This document shows positions 39,111-49,049 of a stretch of DNA of 64,000 nt, piece by piece. Below the pieces are notes generated by a model. It was not told the origin of the DNA. It worked only from the letters and a program-made list of their open reading frames with translations, and did not search any database. The position numbers and the translations under genes are program-made. The first letter of the stretch is position 1. Each line of letters begins with the position of its first letter. Origin of the DNA: a virus; the IMG/VR virus record IMGVR_UViG_3300032236_001100, positions 20,756 through 84,755 of that record; one strand, written 5' to 3'.

Positions 39111-39637
39111 ACAGTCTGGAACGTGTCGTCGGACATGGTGCTTGGAACCCGATATCCAAACTGTCCAGAAAGTTGACGCCGCTTATCGGGCACGTTGTAC
39201 GATTGATTTGCAGATCGGCTTAACCGCGAAAGCCAGGGCAAGCAAAAGCCACCATACTCCCGGCTGTCTTTACTCATAATCGCATTTAAAGCAATGGATT
39301 CGAGTTGATCTAGAAGATTATAGGCAGTTTCCTGCCATGTTTCATGGACCTCGAAAATCAGCGAGTAGGGAACGATCCTGATTCGGGTGCCTGGAGTGCC
39401 GTCATTCTCGAACCGCACCCCTTGAACCTCGAAGATTGCCGCCACGCGATGCTCGGACGACAGCCAGTTTTCATCGGCCTTGCGACCAACCGCAATCGAG
39501 TCGAATGCGCTGGTTTTGTCAAGCAACTGCGTCAGGCCAAGGCCATAGTCGGTCCCGTAGAATGCATCAGCATCACGGAACGGGCCACGCATGGACCGTG
39601 CGAGGTTCCAGTAGTTTGGGTTTGAGGGACGAATCAT
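39107..39637 (-). CDS. Neck/tail-completion-like protein, paralog of 35447..36067
   Basis: DADAFYGTDYGLGLTQLL...YGGFCLPW. Confidence 0.5.
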   Translation of the reverse strand: MIRPSNPNYWNLARSMRGPFRDADAFYGTDYGLGLTQLLDKTSAFDSIAVGRKADENWLSSEHRVAAIFEVQGVRFENDGTPGTRIRIVPYSLIFEVHETWQETAYNLLDQLESIALNAIMSKDSREYGGFCLPWLSRLSRSANQSYNVPDKRRQLSGQFGYRVPSTMSDDTFQTV

Positions 39638-41844
39638 TCAATGCGTCCCATGATGATGAACGTGTCAGAAAGACTGGGAATGGTAGGCCATGCCGTGGCA
39701 AAGGTCAGCACCTTGGTAACGCCATCGTAGCCCGAGATCCGGCGAGCCATTCCCGAAAGAGCCCCACTGGTGAACAGCAGGACCGAACCCACGTAAAATC
39801 CACCCTGGCTGGAGAGGTACGAGTCGCCCGTGAACGAGGTGGTGCTGATCGAGCCGGATGCCACCGAAGACGATAGGTACGTCGAAACTTCGGTCGAGAG
39901 CAGGTGAAACACCGGCATGCAACCCGTGATCGAGAACGAAAGCCCAACAAGGTCGGCGTTCATGACGGCAGCAGGAACTTGGGACCAGACCCAGGTTTGC
40001 CCGGTGGCATCGTAAGTTGCTGATCCACTGACCGAACCGGATACACCGTTCGCGTAATAGGTGGCCGAGACAGTACCCGAAGTCACTTCTTGGCCGGTGG
40101 CGATGCTTACGAATCGGCCAATCGGCAGGTTACTCAGATTGGCATTGCGTGGAACCACCGGATTTGCTCCCAAGATGCGAGGGCGTGCCTCAGTGACGTA
40201 AAGGAAGTATTTGGATACCTGCCAGATCGTGGGCTGGCCGACCTGAAGCGAAGAAGCAACCCCTGCCGAAATCGTGATGGTGGACGTTAGATTGGCAGTT
40301 CCAACCACAAGGCTTGAGCCAATTCCTGCTGAAAGCGAAACAGCCGCCGATACCGCAGGAGTTCCTGTCCTGAGCGTCGATGCAATCCCTACCGACTGGA
40401 GCAGCGATGCCAGCGTGATCGGTTGCCCAACCGCCGATGTCGCGGCAATCCCAGCTGACACCTGAACAGTCGAAGTTCTGACCGGGCTCCCGACAACGGC
40501 AGTCGATGCGATTCCAGACTGAACTGTTACTGAAGCCGTTGCCGATACGGTGCCAACCTGACCAGTGCTTGGGATTCCAGCTGAAGCCAACAACGAAGGG
40601 ATCACGCTGGGCTGAATCGCACCAATCGAGAGGAATCCCTGCGAAACTCCTAATCCTGTTCCCGGCTGCACGGCCCCAATCGACACGAAGCCAACCGAAG
40701 GCACTCTGGCTGCGACCGGCGATCCTGCGACCAGAACTGAAGAAATGCCGCTTGAAGAAGAAACCTGAGTCCCAATGACCGGGTTTCCAACATTTAAACT
40801 GGACGCGCTTCCAATTTGGGAAACAACAGTTGTGTTAGACGTTACGCCGCCAGAAACAAGCGAAGAAGCGATTCCCGACGAAGCGAAAATGGGCGTGTCA
40901 GTCTTTGGTGATCCAACGACTAATAGAGAAGCTATTCCGCTTGATGTTACGGCCAGACCACTGATCGTTGCCTGTCCAACAATTAATGATGATTGTCCAC
41001 CTATTGAAGACGAAACATTCGGAATGGTTGTTGTAGAACCAACAACGCTTTGCGATGACACGCCAACGAAAGAGTTTTGTGTTAATGGTACAGATGGCTG
41101 CACAGCACCAATGCTGACATATCCCAGGCTTATGCCAGAAGATGTGCCGGGCTGAACTGCACCGATAGACAAATAGCTTGGCTTAGGAGGAACTAATATT
41201 GGATACCATATAGCGGACACTCTGAATCCGCTATATGCCGTTGCAGGCGAAACAGACCATGCTACGTTAAGAGTTGATCCCGTAGCGAAGGTGCCATAAG
41301 CTAGGCCGATCCCTGTGCTTTTTCCAGATACAAACGTGGAGGAAGCCAGCGAATAGCCAGTGGTATTGGTTGATAGCGATGTTGGCCCGACAAGATTCCC
41401 ACCATAGTCAGTACCCCACATTCCATCAAGCAAAACTGCCAAGCATTTGTCGGATGATGTGGGAATGCCAATCCCAAAACTATCAGTAAAATTTTGCGAT
41501 GCGTCAGTTTTGAGCCCTGTACTTACCTGATAGAACGCACCAACGCCCGAAAATCCAACCGCAGCTATTGAGGGATACCCCGAAGCTGTGGAGCTTATTG
41601 TTGTTGCTGTGAACGTGTGGCCGGAACCTACCGTAGGATTTGCGCAAGAATAAAGATAAGCTCCGTTAGACGAATTTCCTACAAGGGAATAAGTGTTGCC
41701 AAAACTATCGGTAATAGAAACGGCAGCAGCTGTGGAAACACCCAGTACCAAAAACGTCGCGCCGGTAGTATTAACTGCCGACGTTGTGACGCTCTTGCTA
41801 TTGTTGCTGCTGGCCGAAACGCTAAATACCGAAGCTATTGCCAC
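39634..41844 (-). CDS. Fibre-like structural protein with internal repeats
   Basis: SIGA(V/I)QP x4; many ~19-aa (S/A)GIAS..(V)VG.P units. Confidence 0.6.
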   Translation of the reverse strand: MAIASVFSVSASSNNSKSVTTSAVNTTGATFLVLGVSTAAAVSITDSFGNTYSLVGNSSNGAYLYSCANPTVGSGHTFTATTISSTASGYPSIAAVGFSGVGAFYQVSTGLKTDASQNFTDSFGIGIPTSSDKCLAVLLDGMWGTDYGGNLVGPTSLSTNTTGYSLASSTFVSGKSTGIGLAYGTFATGSTLNVAWSVSPATAYSGFRVSAIWYPILVPPKPSYLSIGAVQPGTSSGISLGYVSIGAVQPSVPLTQNSFVGVSSQSVVGSTTTIPNVSSSIGGQSSLIVGQATISGLAVTSSGIASLLVVGSPKTDTPIFASSGIASSLVSGGVTSNTTVVSQIGSASSLNVGNPVIGTQVSSSSGISSVLVAGSPVAARVPSVGFVSIGAVQPGTGLGVSQGFLSIGAIQPSVIPSLLASAGIPSTGQVGTVSATASVTVQSGIASTAVVGSPVRTSTVQVSAGIAATSAVGQPITLASLLQSVGIASTLRTGTPAVSAAVSLSAGIGSSLVVGTANLTSTITISAGVASSLQVGQPTIWQVSKYFLYVTEARPRILGANPVVPRNANLSNLPIGRFVSIATGQEVTSGTVSATYYANGVSGSVSGSATYDATGQTWVWSQVPAAVMNADLVGLSFSITGCMPVFHLLSTEVSTYLSSSVASGSISTTSFTGDSYLSSQGGFYVGSVLLFTSGALSGMARRISGYDGVTKVLTFATAWPTIPSLSDTFIIMGRIE

Positions 41845-41846
41845 AC

Positions 41847-43184
41847 TTACACCTCAAGTTGGCCGGGGAATCCGGCCTGGCGGGAAGCCGCACCAGAAAC
41901 CAACGTGTAATCGTGACTTGCGCCAGGGCTAACAAACGGGGAACTGCTTTCGAGAGTCAATCCTCGCTGCGTGGACTCAAACACGCTGCTGACGTTGCCT
42001 GATGTGTTGCTATAGAAAGCGTTGTTATGCAACGCCAATTGCCAGGAATTGGTCATTGCATTGTTAATTCCGTAGCTTGTACAATTGGAAAAGATATTGT
42101 TGGCCACAAACTGATAGGATGAATTGTTTCCGGTTGTGATCCCAGTGCCGCAGTTATAAAACGTGTTATTGATAACGACAATGTTTGATGAGCCGCCAGA
42201 GTACAAGGCAAGACCAACTGTGCAACTATCAAATAGATTGAAAGCTACAAAATAATTTGTGAGAAGTGTGAGAGCAGGATTGCCACCACGAAACACATTT
42301 CCAATATACATTCCAAAGCTATTGGCTGCTCCATTACTTGCTGGGGCGAAAAGGCATCCAGTTGCGTGGACGAACCCGTAGATGCACGTCCCTCCAGTGA
42401 AACGACATCTATGAACGCGAAGAAACGTAGTGGGAGAAATGCCGGTAGTGTTAGTGGGGTTTGTGAACTCTAGATTTTCAAACCAGCTATAAGCACCTGA
42501 AGTAATATTGTTGCCGCTGGTGGTGGAAAATGTGATCTGAGGGCGTGTTGCTCCTGAAGGTGCCGCCGTAGCTCCGGCAGGTGCCGTGAGCGTGCCGTTG
42601 ATATTGGCGCACTCGTCAATATCGCCAATCGTGCTGTAATAACCACGATACCAGATCGGCTTTGCCGTTAATGCTGTGGGCAATGTGACGGCGGCAGCAT
42701 AGGCGTATGTACCAGCCTTGATGTTGACTCGCAAACCGTTATAGGTTGCTGACGTCATCGCGCCCGACAAGCTAGGCACAGTGCCGTTCATGCACCCGTT
42801 GGTTCCGGTGATACCGAATCCAGCCCATGCACCGCCCACACGACACAATACCGCACCGGCACCACCGCCGCTGGTCAGGCCCGTGGCAAGACCTAGTCCG
42901 GTCGTGCTGTAGCCTGTTCCGCTGGCATACAGCACGGTGATTGTCGTGTTATCGTTGGTTGCAACTTGACCGACAAATCGAGCGATGGTGTCGGCACTGT
43001 TATACAACGAGACCCACGCACCCACGGCCACGCCCGTGAACGCGCCACTGGCTCCGGTGAACGTGATCGTGCCGGTTGAGACTGTGCAAGTGACCGAAGG
43101 AATCGGCGTAGGATTTGATCCATTGTCCGTTCCCGCGTTCAGGTTGCTGCCAGTCGTCTGAATATACAGGTCAAGGAGAGCCAT
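41847..43184 (-). CDS. Beta-helix structural protein
   Basis: INNTFYNC, ANNIFSNC..YGI, HNNAFYSN repeats. Confidence 0.6.
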   Translation of the reverse strand: MALLDLYIQTTGSNLNAGTDNGSNPTPIPSVTCTVSTGTITFTGASGAFTGVAVGAWVSLYNSADTIARFVGQVATNDNTTITVLYASGTGYSTTGLGLATGLTSGGGAGAVLCRVGGAWAGFGITGTNGCMNGTVPSLSGAMTSATYNGLRVNIKAGTYAYAAAVTLPTALTAKPIWYRGYYSTIGDIDECANINGTLTAPAGATAAPSGATRPQITFSTTSGNNITSGAYSWFENLEFTNPTNTTGISPTTFLRVHRCRFTGGTCIYGFVHATGCLFAPASNGAANSFGMYIGNVFRGGNPALTLLTNYFVAFNLFDSCTVGLALYSGGSSNIVVINNTFYNCGTGITTGNNSSYQFVANNIFSNCTSYGINNAMTNSWQLALHNNAFYSNTSGNVSSVFESTQRGLTLESSSPFVSPGASHDYTLVSGAASRQAGFPGQLEV

Positions 43185-43193
43185 GTATCAACC

Positions 43194-43508
43194 TCAGCGA
43201 GTGAGACCGTTGACTTGAATTGCCATTGCCTGCTGCACTGCCGTGGTTGTATCCAGTGCCGTATGAGCCTTCTGGCATTCGGCCAGGAACGCTACAAGCT
43301 GACCCACGGTGATTGGCGGGCGACCATCGGTTGAACTACCGTCGTCAATCACCAGGGACTGATCAGCCGCCTGAAGGACCGTCAGAAGGCCCTGGGCCTG
43401 CACGGTTGCAATCACCGTGGCAACATCTACTGACAAACGAGTGACATCGTCGGCCAGGGGACGAACCACTTGATTGCAAAATCGAACAATCTGAGGATTG
43501 GAGAACAT
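43194..43508 (-). CDS. Hypothetical protein
   Basis: GAGGA RBS before MFSNPQ. Confidence 0.6.
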   Translation of the reverse strand: MFSNPQIVRFCNQVVRPLADDVTRLSVDVATVIATVQAQGLLTVLQAADQSLVIDDGSSTDGRPPITVGQLVAFLAECQKAHTALDTTTAVQQAMAIQVNGLTR

Positions 43509-43546
43509 GACCTGCGGTTCCTCTTCGTAGGGAAGGTATTTCTTGA

Positions 43547-43957
43547 TTAGAGCGTGAACCAGCCGTAAGTACCGTCTGGTGCAACCGTAATGGAACCACC
43601 GTTTGGTGTCACAGGTGTGAGCGTGCCGGTGTCGTACCATGCAATCAGGGGAGACGTAGAGGCTGTGCCGGTGTCCTTGTAAATCACATAGCCCAACGTG
43701 TTACCTGCGCTCGACACAGCAGAAAATGTAGCCGAAGCCGATGTGAACAGTCCGTTTGTTTCGGTTGGCGAGGTCAGCTGGGCTGGCGTGCCAACACTTC
43801 CGCTATTGATCGACGACCAGTACTGGTTGGCCGAGTTGTAGGCCACGGCACCCGTGCCCGTGACCTTGACCAGAGCGATCTTGATCGTGTCGGAACCAAG
43901 ATTAATCCCGCCAGTCAGGAAAGCCTGCTTGGCCAGTGGATAAACTGCGTTTGCCAT
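43547..43957 (-). CDS. Conserved phage structural protein
   Basis: MANAVY..K..FL.G.INL.SDTIK.ALV...IYKDTG...TSPLIA..D...PNGG.IT pattern. Confidence 0.7.
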   Translation of the reverse strand: MANAVYPLAKQAFLTGGINLGSDTIKIALVKVTGTGAVAYNSANQYWSSINSGSVGTPAQLTSPTETNGLFTSASATFSAVSSAGNTLGYVIYKDTGTASTSPLIAWYDTGTLTPVTPNGGSITVAPDGTYGWFTL

Positions 43958-43974
43958 CGTGATCTACCCCTAAG

Positions 43975-45273
43975 TTAACTGGCCCGTGCGACCAGTGATG
44001 CTTCGAGTCCATATTTCTTGTGATAAACCAGAGCTTCTGCTGCCCGTGTGCCGCCCACGTAACCCTTGCGATGATGCCAAGCATCCGTGCCGCTCAGGCT
44101 CATCAGGATTCGCACCACAACACCGTTATACGTGTCTACGTTGGTCGTCACCGTGCGGCGGCTTTTATGCAAGTGTCCCAGGTGCCACTCGCGACACGTC
44201 GCATCTGCAAAGTCCTGGGGCCGTTCTGTGGCCATGATGATTGGCAGATCAACATGTCTCTCTTCGTTGCCGTGCGTGTAGCCGATCAGGTTTGAGCCGT
44301 ATTTCACATATTTGCGCGAGGTTGGCTCGAAATCGACCGTCACGTTGCTGGCATTGCGGAACCAGGCATTGAGCGTGCGGATCAGGTGAAAGCTTGCGAT
44401 CCGATCATGATTGCCGGGAACATAGAGTAGCTTGACATCGGCCACTTTCTGAAACAACTCGACCACCTCGATCATCGCCTCTTCGCCTGCCACGATGATC
44501 TTCGTAAATCGGCTGTCCACATCCTGGGGCGTGCCTGCCGTAGTCGTGTTATCCGGCTTATCGACATGAAAGAAATCCTGGCCGACCGCGATTACCACCT
44601 GTTCCAGCGGGTACACCGTACCCATCGACACAAATTTGCGAGCCGCTTCTACCAGGGCTTTACGAGCATGGTCGATGTTATAGCTTGATCCGGTCTCCGG
44701 TGCCCAAGCCAGCTTGCCAAAATGCACGTCATATGGATCGAACACCAGCATGTGGTCGCGTGCTTTGGTGCGAATCGACGGGGCCGGATACTTGGGGGCA
44801 TGCTTCTGAATGCGCTCGAACAGAATGCTGGATGCGTCGATGTAGGGCTTGGGCAGGATACGCCTGAGCGTCAGGCTAACCTTCCACATCTGCTTGGTGA
44901 TCGGTTGCTCTGGCTTACGCTGACCCTTGTCATCAAATCCGACATGCAGTTTCAGTGGTACGTTCCAACCACCACACTTCCATTCCACCACACACCAGAC
45001 TGAGGTATCGACCTTGCCGTATGCGATTGCGTCTTCCAGAGTGCGGATTTGCCGGTCGCTCAAGTATGAGACTTCGCAGGAGTCACCTTTTTCGACAACG
45101 CCCAGGCTGTCCACCTTCTGGCATTTCTCGTCGAACTGTCCTGCCTCCTTGCAGACATCAATAATCGTTTGCCGATGACAACCAACCATCCTTGCGGCAT
45201 GCGTCTTGTTGCCGTTGCACTGGGCAACGGCCTTCAAGATCTCAGCTTTTTGCTGGTCGGTCAAAGGGCTCAT
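43975..45273 (-). CDS. HTH-fused calcineurin-like metallophosphoesterase
   Basis: GNKTHAARMVG HTH; DVH, GQDFFH, PGNHD, THG, GHLH. Confidence 0.85.
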   Translation of the reverse strand: MSPLTDQQKAEILKAVAQCNGNKTHAARMVGCHRQTIIDVCKEAGQFDEKCQKVDSLGVVEKGDSCEVSYLSDRQIRTLEDAIAYGKVDTSVWCVVEWKCGGWNVPLKLHVGFDDKGQRKPEQPITKQMWKVSLTLRRILPKPYIDASSILFERIQKHAPKYPAPSIRTKARDHMLVFDPYDVHFGKLAWAPETGSSYNIDHARKALVEAARKFVSMGTVYPLEQVVIAVGQDFFHVDKPDNTTTAGTPQDVDSRFTKIIVAGEEAMIEVVELFQKVADVKLLYVPGNHDRIASFHLIRTLNAWFRNASNVTVDFEPTSRKYVKYGSNLIGYTHGNEERHVDLPIIMATERPQDFADATCREWHLGHLHKSRRTVTTNVDTYNGVVVRILMSLSGTDAWHHRKGYVGGTRAAEALVYHKKYGLEASLVARAS

Positions 45274-45281
45274 GATGCCTC

Positions 45282-45590
45282 TCAGGAGTCGGCAGCGATC
45301 CGGCGAATGGCACGATACGCTTCGATCAGGGCAAGGTTGCGAGCCGAGGTCACATCCTCGTCATTGATGGATGCGACCGGGTCATCCGACTTGATCGGAC
45401 TGTCTTCGCCTACAAACTCAGGCGGCATGGGAGCATACTGAGACACAAAGTCAGCCAGAAGCTCCAGGCGATCATTTTGCTGGCCGTATGGCACTCGACG
45501 ATAAAACGGCACCGAGGGCTTCTTGGTCCCGGTAGATGGTTCATTCTTCTTGGGAGGCTTGGGATTGCCCCGACTCTTTGCTGGCGACAT
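45282..45590 (-). CDS. Hypothetical protein, basic N-terminus
   Basis: GGAG RBS before MSPAKS. Confidence 0.55.
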   Translation of the reverse strand: MSPAKSRGNPKPPKKNEPSTGTKKPSVPFYRRVPYGQQNDRLELLADFVSQYAPMPPEFVGEDSPIKSDDPVASINDEDVTSARNLALIEAYRAIRRIAADS

Positions 45591-45631
45591 CTCGAAACTC
45601 CAAGGGAATGAACCATCACCGAAACACAAAC

Positions 45632-45739
45632 TTAGCAGCCCTTCTTGGGCATCTTCACCGAACCGTTCGAGGACTTCGGTGCCGACTTGGGCGACTTGCC
45701 ACCCTTGGACGATCCATTGCTGCTCTTGGGTGCGGCCAT
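45632..45739 (-). CDS. 35-aa Lys/Ser/Pro-rich peptide
   Basis: Not in ORF track. MAAPKSSNGSSKGGKSPKSAPKSSNGSVKMPKKGC; AAGGAGA RBS; upstream TTTCAC-N17-TATAAT. Confidence 0.6.
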   Translation of the reverse strand: MAAPKSSNGSSKGGKSPKSAPKSSNGSVKMPKKGC

Positions 45740-45790
45740 TGCGATTCTCCTTGTTGACATATAAACCAAATGATTATAGGAAGATTACGG

Positions 45791-46480
45791 TCAGCGTGAA
45801 AGCCGACCGGCGAAACGAGGCGTTGGCGGCTCGTCGGTTCCAGTTGGACCCCACCGCAGCTCAAATGTGCGGGATGTCTCGTCGCTCAGTTCGCCGTATC
45901 GCTTGCTCTTGAACAGCCACAGGTCGTTGCCATCGGCCTGCTTGCTCATATCAAGGTAGCGATAGTAAAGCACTTTCTCGACACACAGTTTGCGCAGCTG
46001 GCGAGGGTCCATCAACTGGCCTGGTTGGTGGAATGGCAGGTTAAGCGTCATGCCGTAAGTCTGCATCAGTTCATAGCTGATCTCTTCGATGATCGGATCA
46101 AGCGTCTTGATCACGAACTGGATGCCCGACAGGGCTCCCGGTGGGCAAGGGGGTTTTCCCACGCCAGTCGTGCGACCAATCGCCCTGAGCGTCAGCGAAT
46201 TGCCACTCACGCTGTCCACGGCATAGATGTCGCCATTGCTGCCAAAGATGTTAGCTGGCTTCATGAGCCAGATCACATGGCCAGAGACCACGCCCAGGCT
46301 GGCGAAGTTGTTGCTGGCACTGGTGATCACCCAGGGCGACGAATCAGCCATGTACCCATCGTTGCCACTCGCCAGCTTATAACTGTCGGGAGCCACGCGC
46401 GTGAAATCATCCATCACTCGAAGAGCGATATGCTCATCAAGGCAGAATGGCGTGACGGTGAGTGGCGACTGAGTAGTCAC
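45791..46480 (-). CDS. Head-tail adaptor-like protein
   Basis: Position after MCP; helical C-terminus. Confidence 0.5.
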   Translation of the reverse strand: MTTQSPLTVTPFCLDEHIALRVMDDFTRVAPDSYKLASGNDGYMADSSPWVITSASNNFASLGVVSGHVIWLMKPANIFGSNGDIYAVDSVSGNSLTLRAIGRTTGVGKPPCPPGALSGIQFVIKTLDPIIEEISYELMQTYGMTLNLPFHQPGQLMDPRQLRKLCVEKVLYYRYLDMSKQADGNDLWLFKSKRYGELSDETSRTFELRWGPTGTDEPPTPRFAGRLSR

Positions 46481-46483
46481 GGG

Positions 46484-46873
46484 TTATGCCTTCTTGGGTT
46501 GTGCCTGAGCAAGTGCCGGTGCTGGAGCCGGTTGCGGCTTGGGCTGCTCGTCGATCTGACTCAAGATCAGTTTCACCCAGTCACGAATGTTCGATTCAGC
46601 CAGCTTGAACGCATCGGCTGTTGCCAAAGCCGTCTTCAGTTCCGACTGAGCCACGAAGCAGGTCTCGGGCGACATGCGACTGGTCGTGTCGATCTCGGCA
46701 TTGATGCGATTCAGTAGTGTTGCCAGATTGGAGCGAACATTCTTGAGAACACCGATGTGAATCAAGATCTGAACGGCTTCAGGGCTGATCCCCTGCGGCA
46801 GCGGACCAACAAAAAAAGCGTCCCAGGAAGGTGATTCAAGGGGACGCTCAAACGAGCGAGTGGGATTGATCAT
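46484..46873 (-). CDS. Hypothetical protein
   Basis: 129 aa in head operon. Confidence 0.55.
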   Translation of the reverse strand: MINPTRSFERPLESPSWDAFFVGPLPQGISPEAVQILIHIGVLKNVRSNLATLLNRINAEIDTTSRMSPETCFVAQSELKTALATADAFKLAESNIRDWVKLILSQIDEQPKPQPAPAPALAQAQPKKA

Positions 46874-46891
46874 CGTGGTCCCGGTCTAGAG

Positions 46892-46933
46892 AAAACCCCC
46901 GCAGAAGACAAGTATGATTTCTTCTGCGGGGGT
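46892..46933 (-). terminator. Terminator after major capsid gene
   Basis: 14-bp stem ACCCCCGCAGAAGA/TCTTCTGCGGGGGT plus A tract. Confidence 0.8.
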
Positions 46934-46952
46934 AGGATAAACCTGTTAGTTA

Positions 46953-48089
46953 TCAGGCGAAGCTGGAGATACCTTCACGCCAGGCGTGCCACTTGGGGTG
47001 GCCGATTTCGACGGCAATGTCGGCAATCCAATCACCTTCGTAGGCATCGCCACGACGACCACGAGGAACCCAGGTTTCCTGTCGGAGATACCGGAGCTTC
47101 ACGTCGCTGGAGGTCAGAGCGATGGCAGTACCAGCCTTCAGCTGGTAGCTGGGCAGCATCAAGACCGGGGCACCCAGGAAGGGCACGGCGATCTGATTGA
47201 ACGCGATACCGAGGACAGGAGTGTAGCTCGTGTCCATCGTTACGGGGTAGCCCCAGGTCGCTACGCCAGTCATAAAATCGCTGGAAACGATGAGTAAGTC
47301 AGGGTTTCCACCGCCAGCGAACGCCTTGTTCAGCGTGTCACTGATGAACGACAGCTTGGTGTAGCTGGAAGCTGCACTCGTGGTGACGTTGCCGCTGTCG
47401 ATCAGGGTTTTGATGCCCTTCATCTTGGCGCGGTCGCCAGGGTTCTGTGGCTTCTGGCCACCTGCGTAATAGCAGGCATACTCCATGTCACGGAGCATTT
47501 CGACAGCCTTGGTGCGCTGCTCGAAGGTCAGGATGTCAGGAACACCCTGGGGCAGACGGACAGAGGTCTGGGCGTTAGCCTTACCGCTGATCTGTACAGG
47601 GAACTGGAAGGTTTGCACGTACTGTTCGATAGACGTGCGGATCGAGCGAGTCGAGTCCTGGTTGACTTCAGCACCCGTTCGGCTGTTGTACATCAGGGTG
47701 ACAGCAGTGGTGTTCGTGTGAGTCGCAGCCGTGCTGGACTCAGCACCACGCACCACGGTCACGCTGGTGCCGTTGCTGTTGATTGCGGTGACTTCCAGCT
47801 TTTCGCTGTCCACCAGGATCACGTCGCCCACCAGCAACCGAGTGTTGTCACTCAGGGTCACGGTGGTGCCAGTCGTGTCAGAAACAGCAGCACCGAGGGT
47901 GATGCCAGTTCGCTGACGAACGTCATAGGTGATCATCTGGAAAGTTTCGCCCTCAGCCTGGAGGCGAGGAAGGCGATTCACCAGCGGGGCTTCCTGAATG
48001 AAGATTTCACGCAGGAAGGGGTGCAGGACGGTCTGGGTTTCTACGCCAAACCCGACAGGTCCAAATAGGCCCTGATAGTTACTTGGCAC
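46953..48089 (-). CDS. Major capsid protein (DUF5309/SU10-like) with beta-tulip-like insertion
   Basis: QYVQTFQFPVQISG, EMLRDME, R.MKGI motifs; follows scaffold; own terminator. Confidence 0.85.
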   Translation of the reverse strand: MPSNYQGLFGPVGFGVETQTVLHPFLREIFIQEAPLVNRLPRLQAEGETFQMITYDVRQRTGITLGAAVSDTTGTTVTLSDNTRLLVGDVILVDSEKLEVTAINSNGTSVTVVRGAESSTAATHTNTTAVTLMYNSRTGAEVNQDSTRSIRTSIEQYVQTFQFPVQISGKANAQTSVRLPQGVPDILTFEQRTKAVEMLRDMEYACYYAGGQKPQNPGDRAKMKGIKTLIDSGNVTTSAASSYTKLSFISDTLNKAFAGGGNPDLLIVSSDFMTGVATWGYPVTMDTSYTPVLGIAFNQIAVPFLGAPVLMLPSYQLKAGTAIALTSSDVKLRYLRQETWVPRGRRGDAYEGDWIADIAVEIGHPKWHAWREGISSFA

Positions 48090-48145
48090 GAGAATTTCTC
48101 CTATTCAAACTCGAAACATACTGCCGGGTTGGCAGGAAACGTGAA

Positions 48146-48961
48146 TTAGTTACGCTGCTTCATTCCAAGGCCAAAGCCGATGGCAGCGTCTTTGCTGTTC
48201 ATCGCCTCTTTATATGCCTTGAAGATGGACTCGATGGGATCGTCGGACGAAGCTGAAGCCTGGTTAGCAGGCTCACGACCAGCCCCGTTATTGGAAACGC
48301 CTGCGCCACCTCGGGTGGCTGGTTTCAGGAAGTGTTCAAACTCATCGGTCGCGAGAATCTGGGGGATCACGTCACTGGCCGACTTGCCGTCCGCTCGGTT
48401 CTTGACGATCACGTTGCCACTGTCTTCACGGGTCACATCGAACCGTTCGTCCAGCAGTCGTCGCACCTGAGCCGCAGCCGCAGCCGAGACAAACTCTTTG
48501 CCCTCCAGGGCACGACCGATGACGTTCTCTTTCTTTTCGGCCAGGTAGATCTGTTCGATCTTCTCGGCGCGGGCAGCTTCAGCCTGCCATTTGGCAGTGG
48601 CCTCTTCCTGGGCCTTTCGCATCAGTTCTTCGGCACGCTGGCTGGCAGCTGCCTGCTCTTCCTTGAACTGCTTGAACTGCTCTTCGATGGCCTTGGCCGC
48701 GCCGTCTTTGACCGCGATTTGTTCCAGGGCTGCCTTGCGTTCCTTCTCAAGTGCCTTTGCTTGCTCGGCCTCGAATTTCGCCAGCTTCTCCTGAAGAACC
48801 TTGTTCTCCTGGGCAATCTTGGCGACCTGGATCGGGTCGAACTCGGCCTTGAGCGTCTGAGTGACAGTTTCGGCGGCAGGGGCCGCTACGGGAGCGGCTT
48901 TTGCCTGGACTTGTTCGTTGCCGGTTTCAGCCACAGCAGACTTCGCATCAGAAGGATTCAA
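48146..48961 (-). CDS. Capsid scaffolding protein
   Basis: A/E/K coiled coil, HFLKP..RGGAG; between portal and MCP. Confidence 0.75.
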   Translation of the reverse strand: MNPSDAKSAVAETGNEQVQAKAAPVAAPAAETVTQTLKAEFDPIQVAKIAQENKVLQEKLAKFEAEQAKALEKERKAALEQIAVKDGAAKAIEEQFKQFKEEQAAASQRAEELMRKAQEEATAKWQAEAARAEKIEQIYLAEKKENVIGRALEGKEFVSAAAAAQVRRLLDERFDVTREDSGNVIVKNRADGKSASDVIPQILATDEFEHFLKPATRGGAGVSNNGAGREPANQASASSDDPIESIFKAYKEAMNSKDAAIGFGLGMKQRN

Positions 48962-49049
48962 GTATGCACCTCATACGAAAGTAACCATAACGGCTGATAG
49001 GTAATGCGGCAACAAACCGCATTCCAGGCCGTTAAAACAGACCAAACGA

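Noticed and set aside
35447-41844. Diversity-generating retroelement (TR/VR) from the paralogous C-termini
   Set aside because: Similarity is protein-level and not adenine-specific, and no reverse transcriptase is present in the window.
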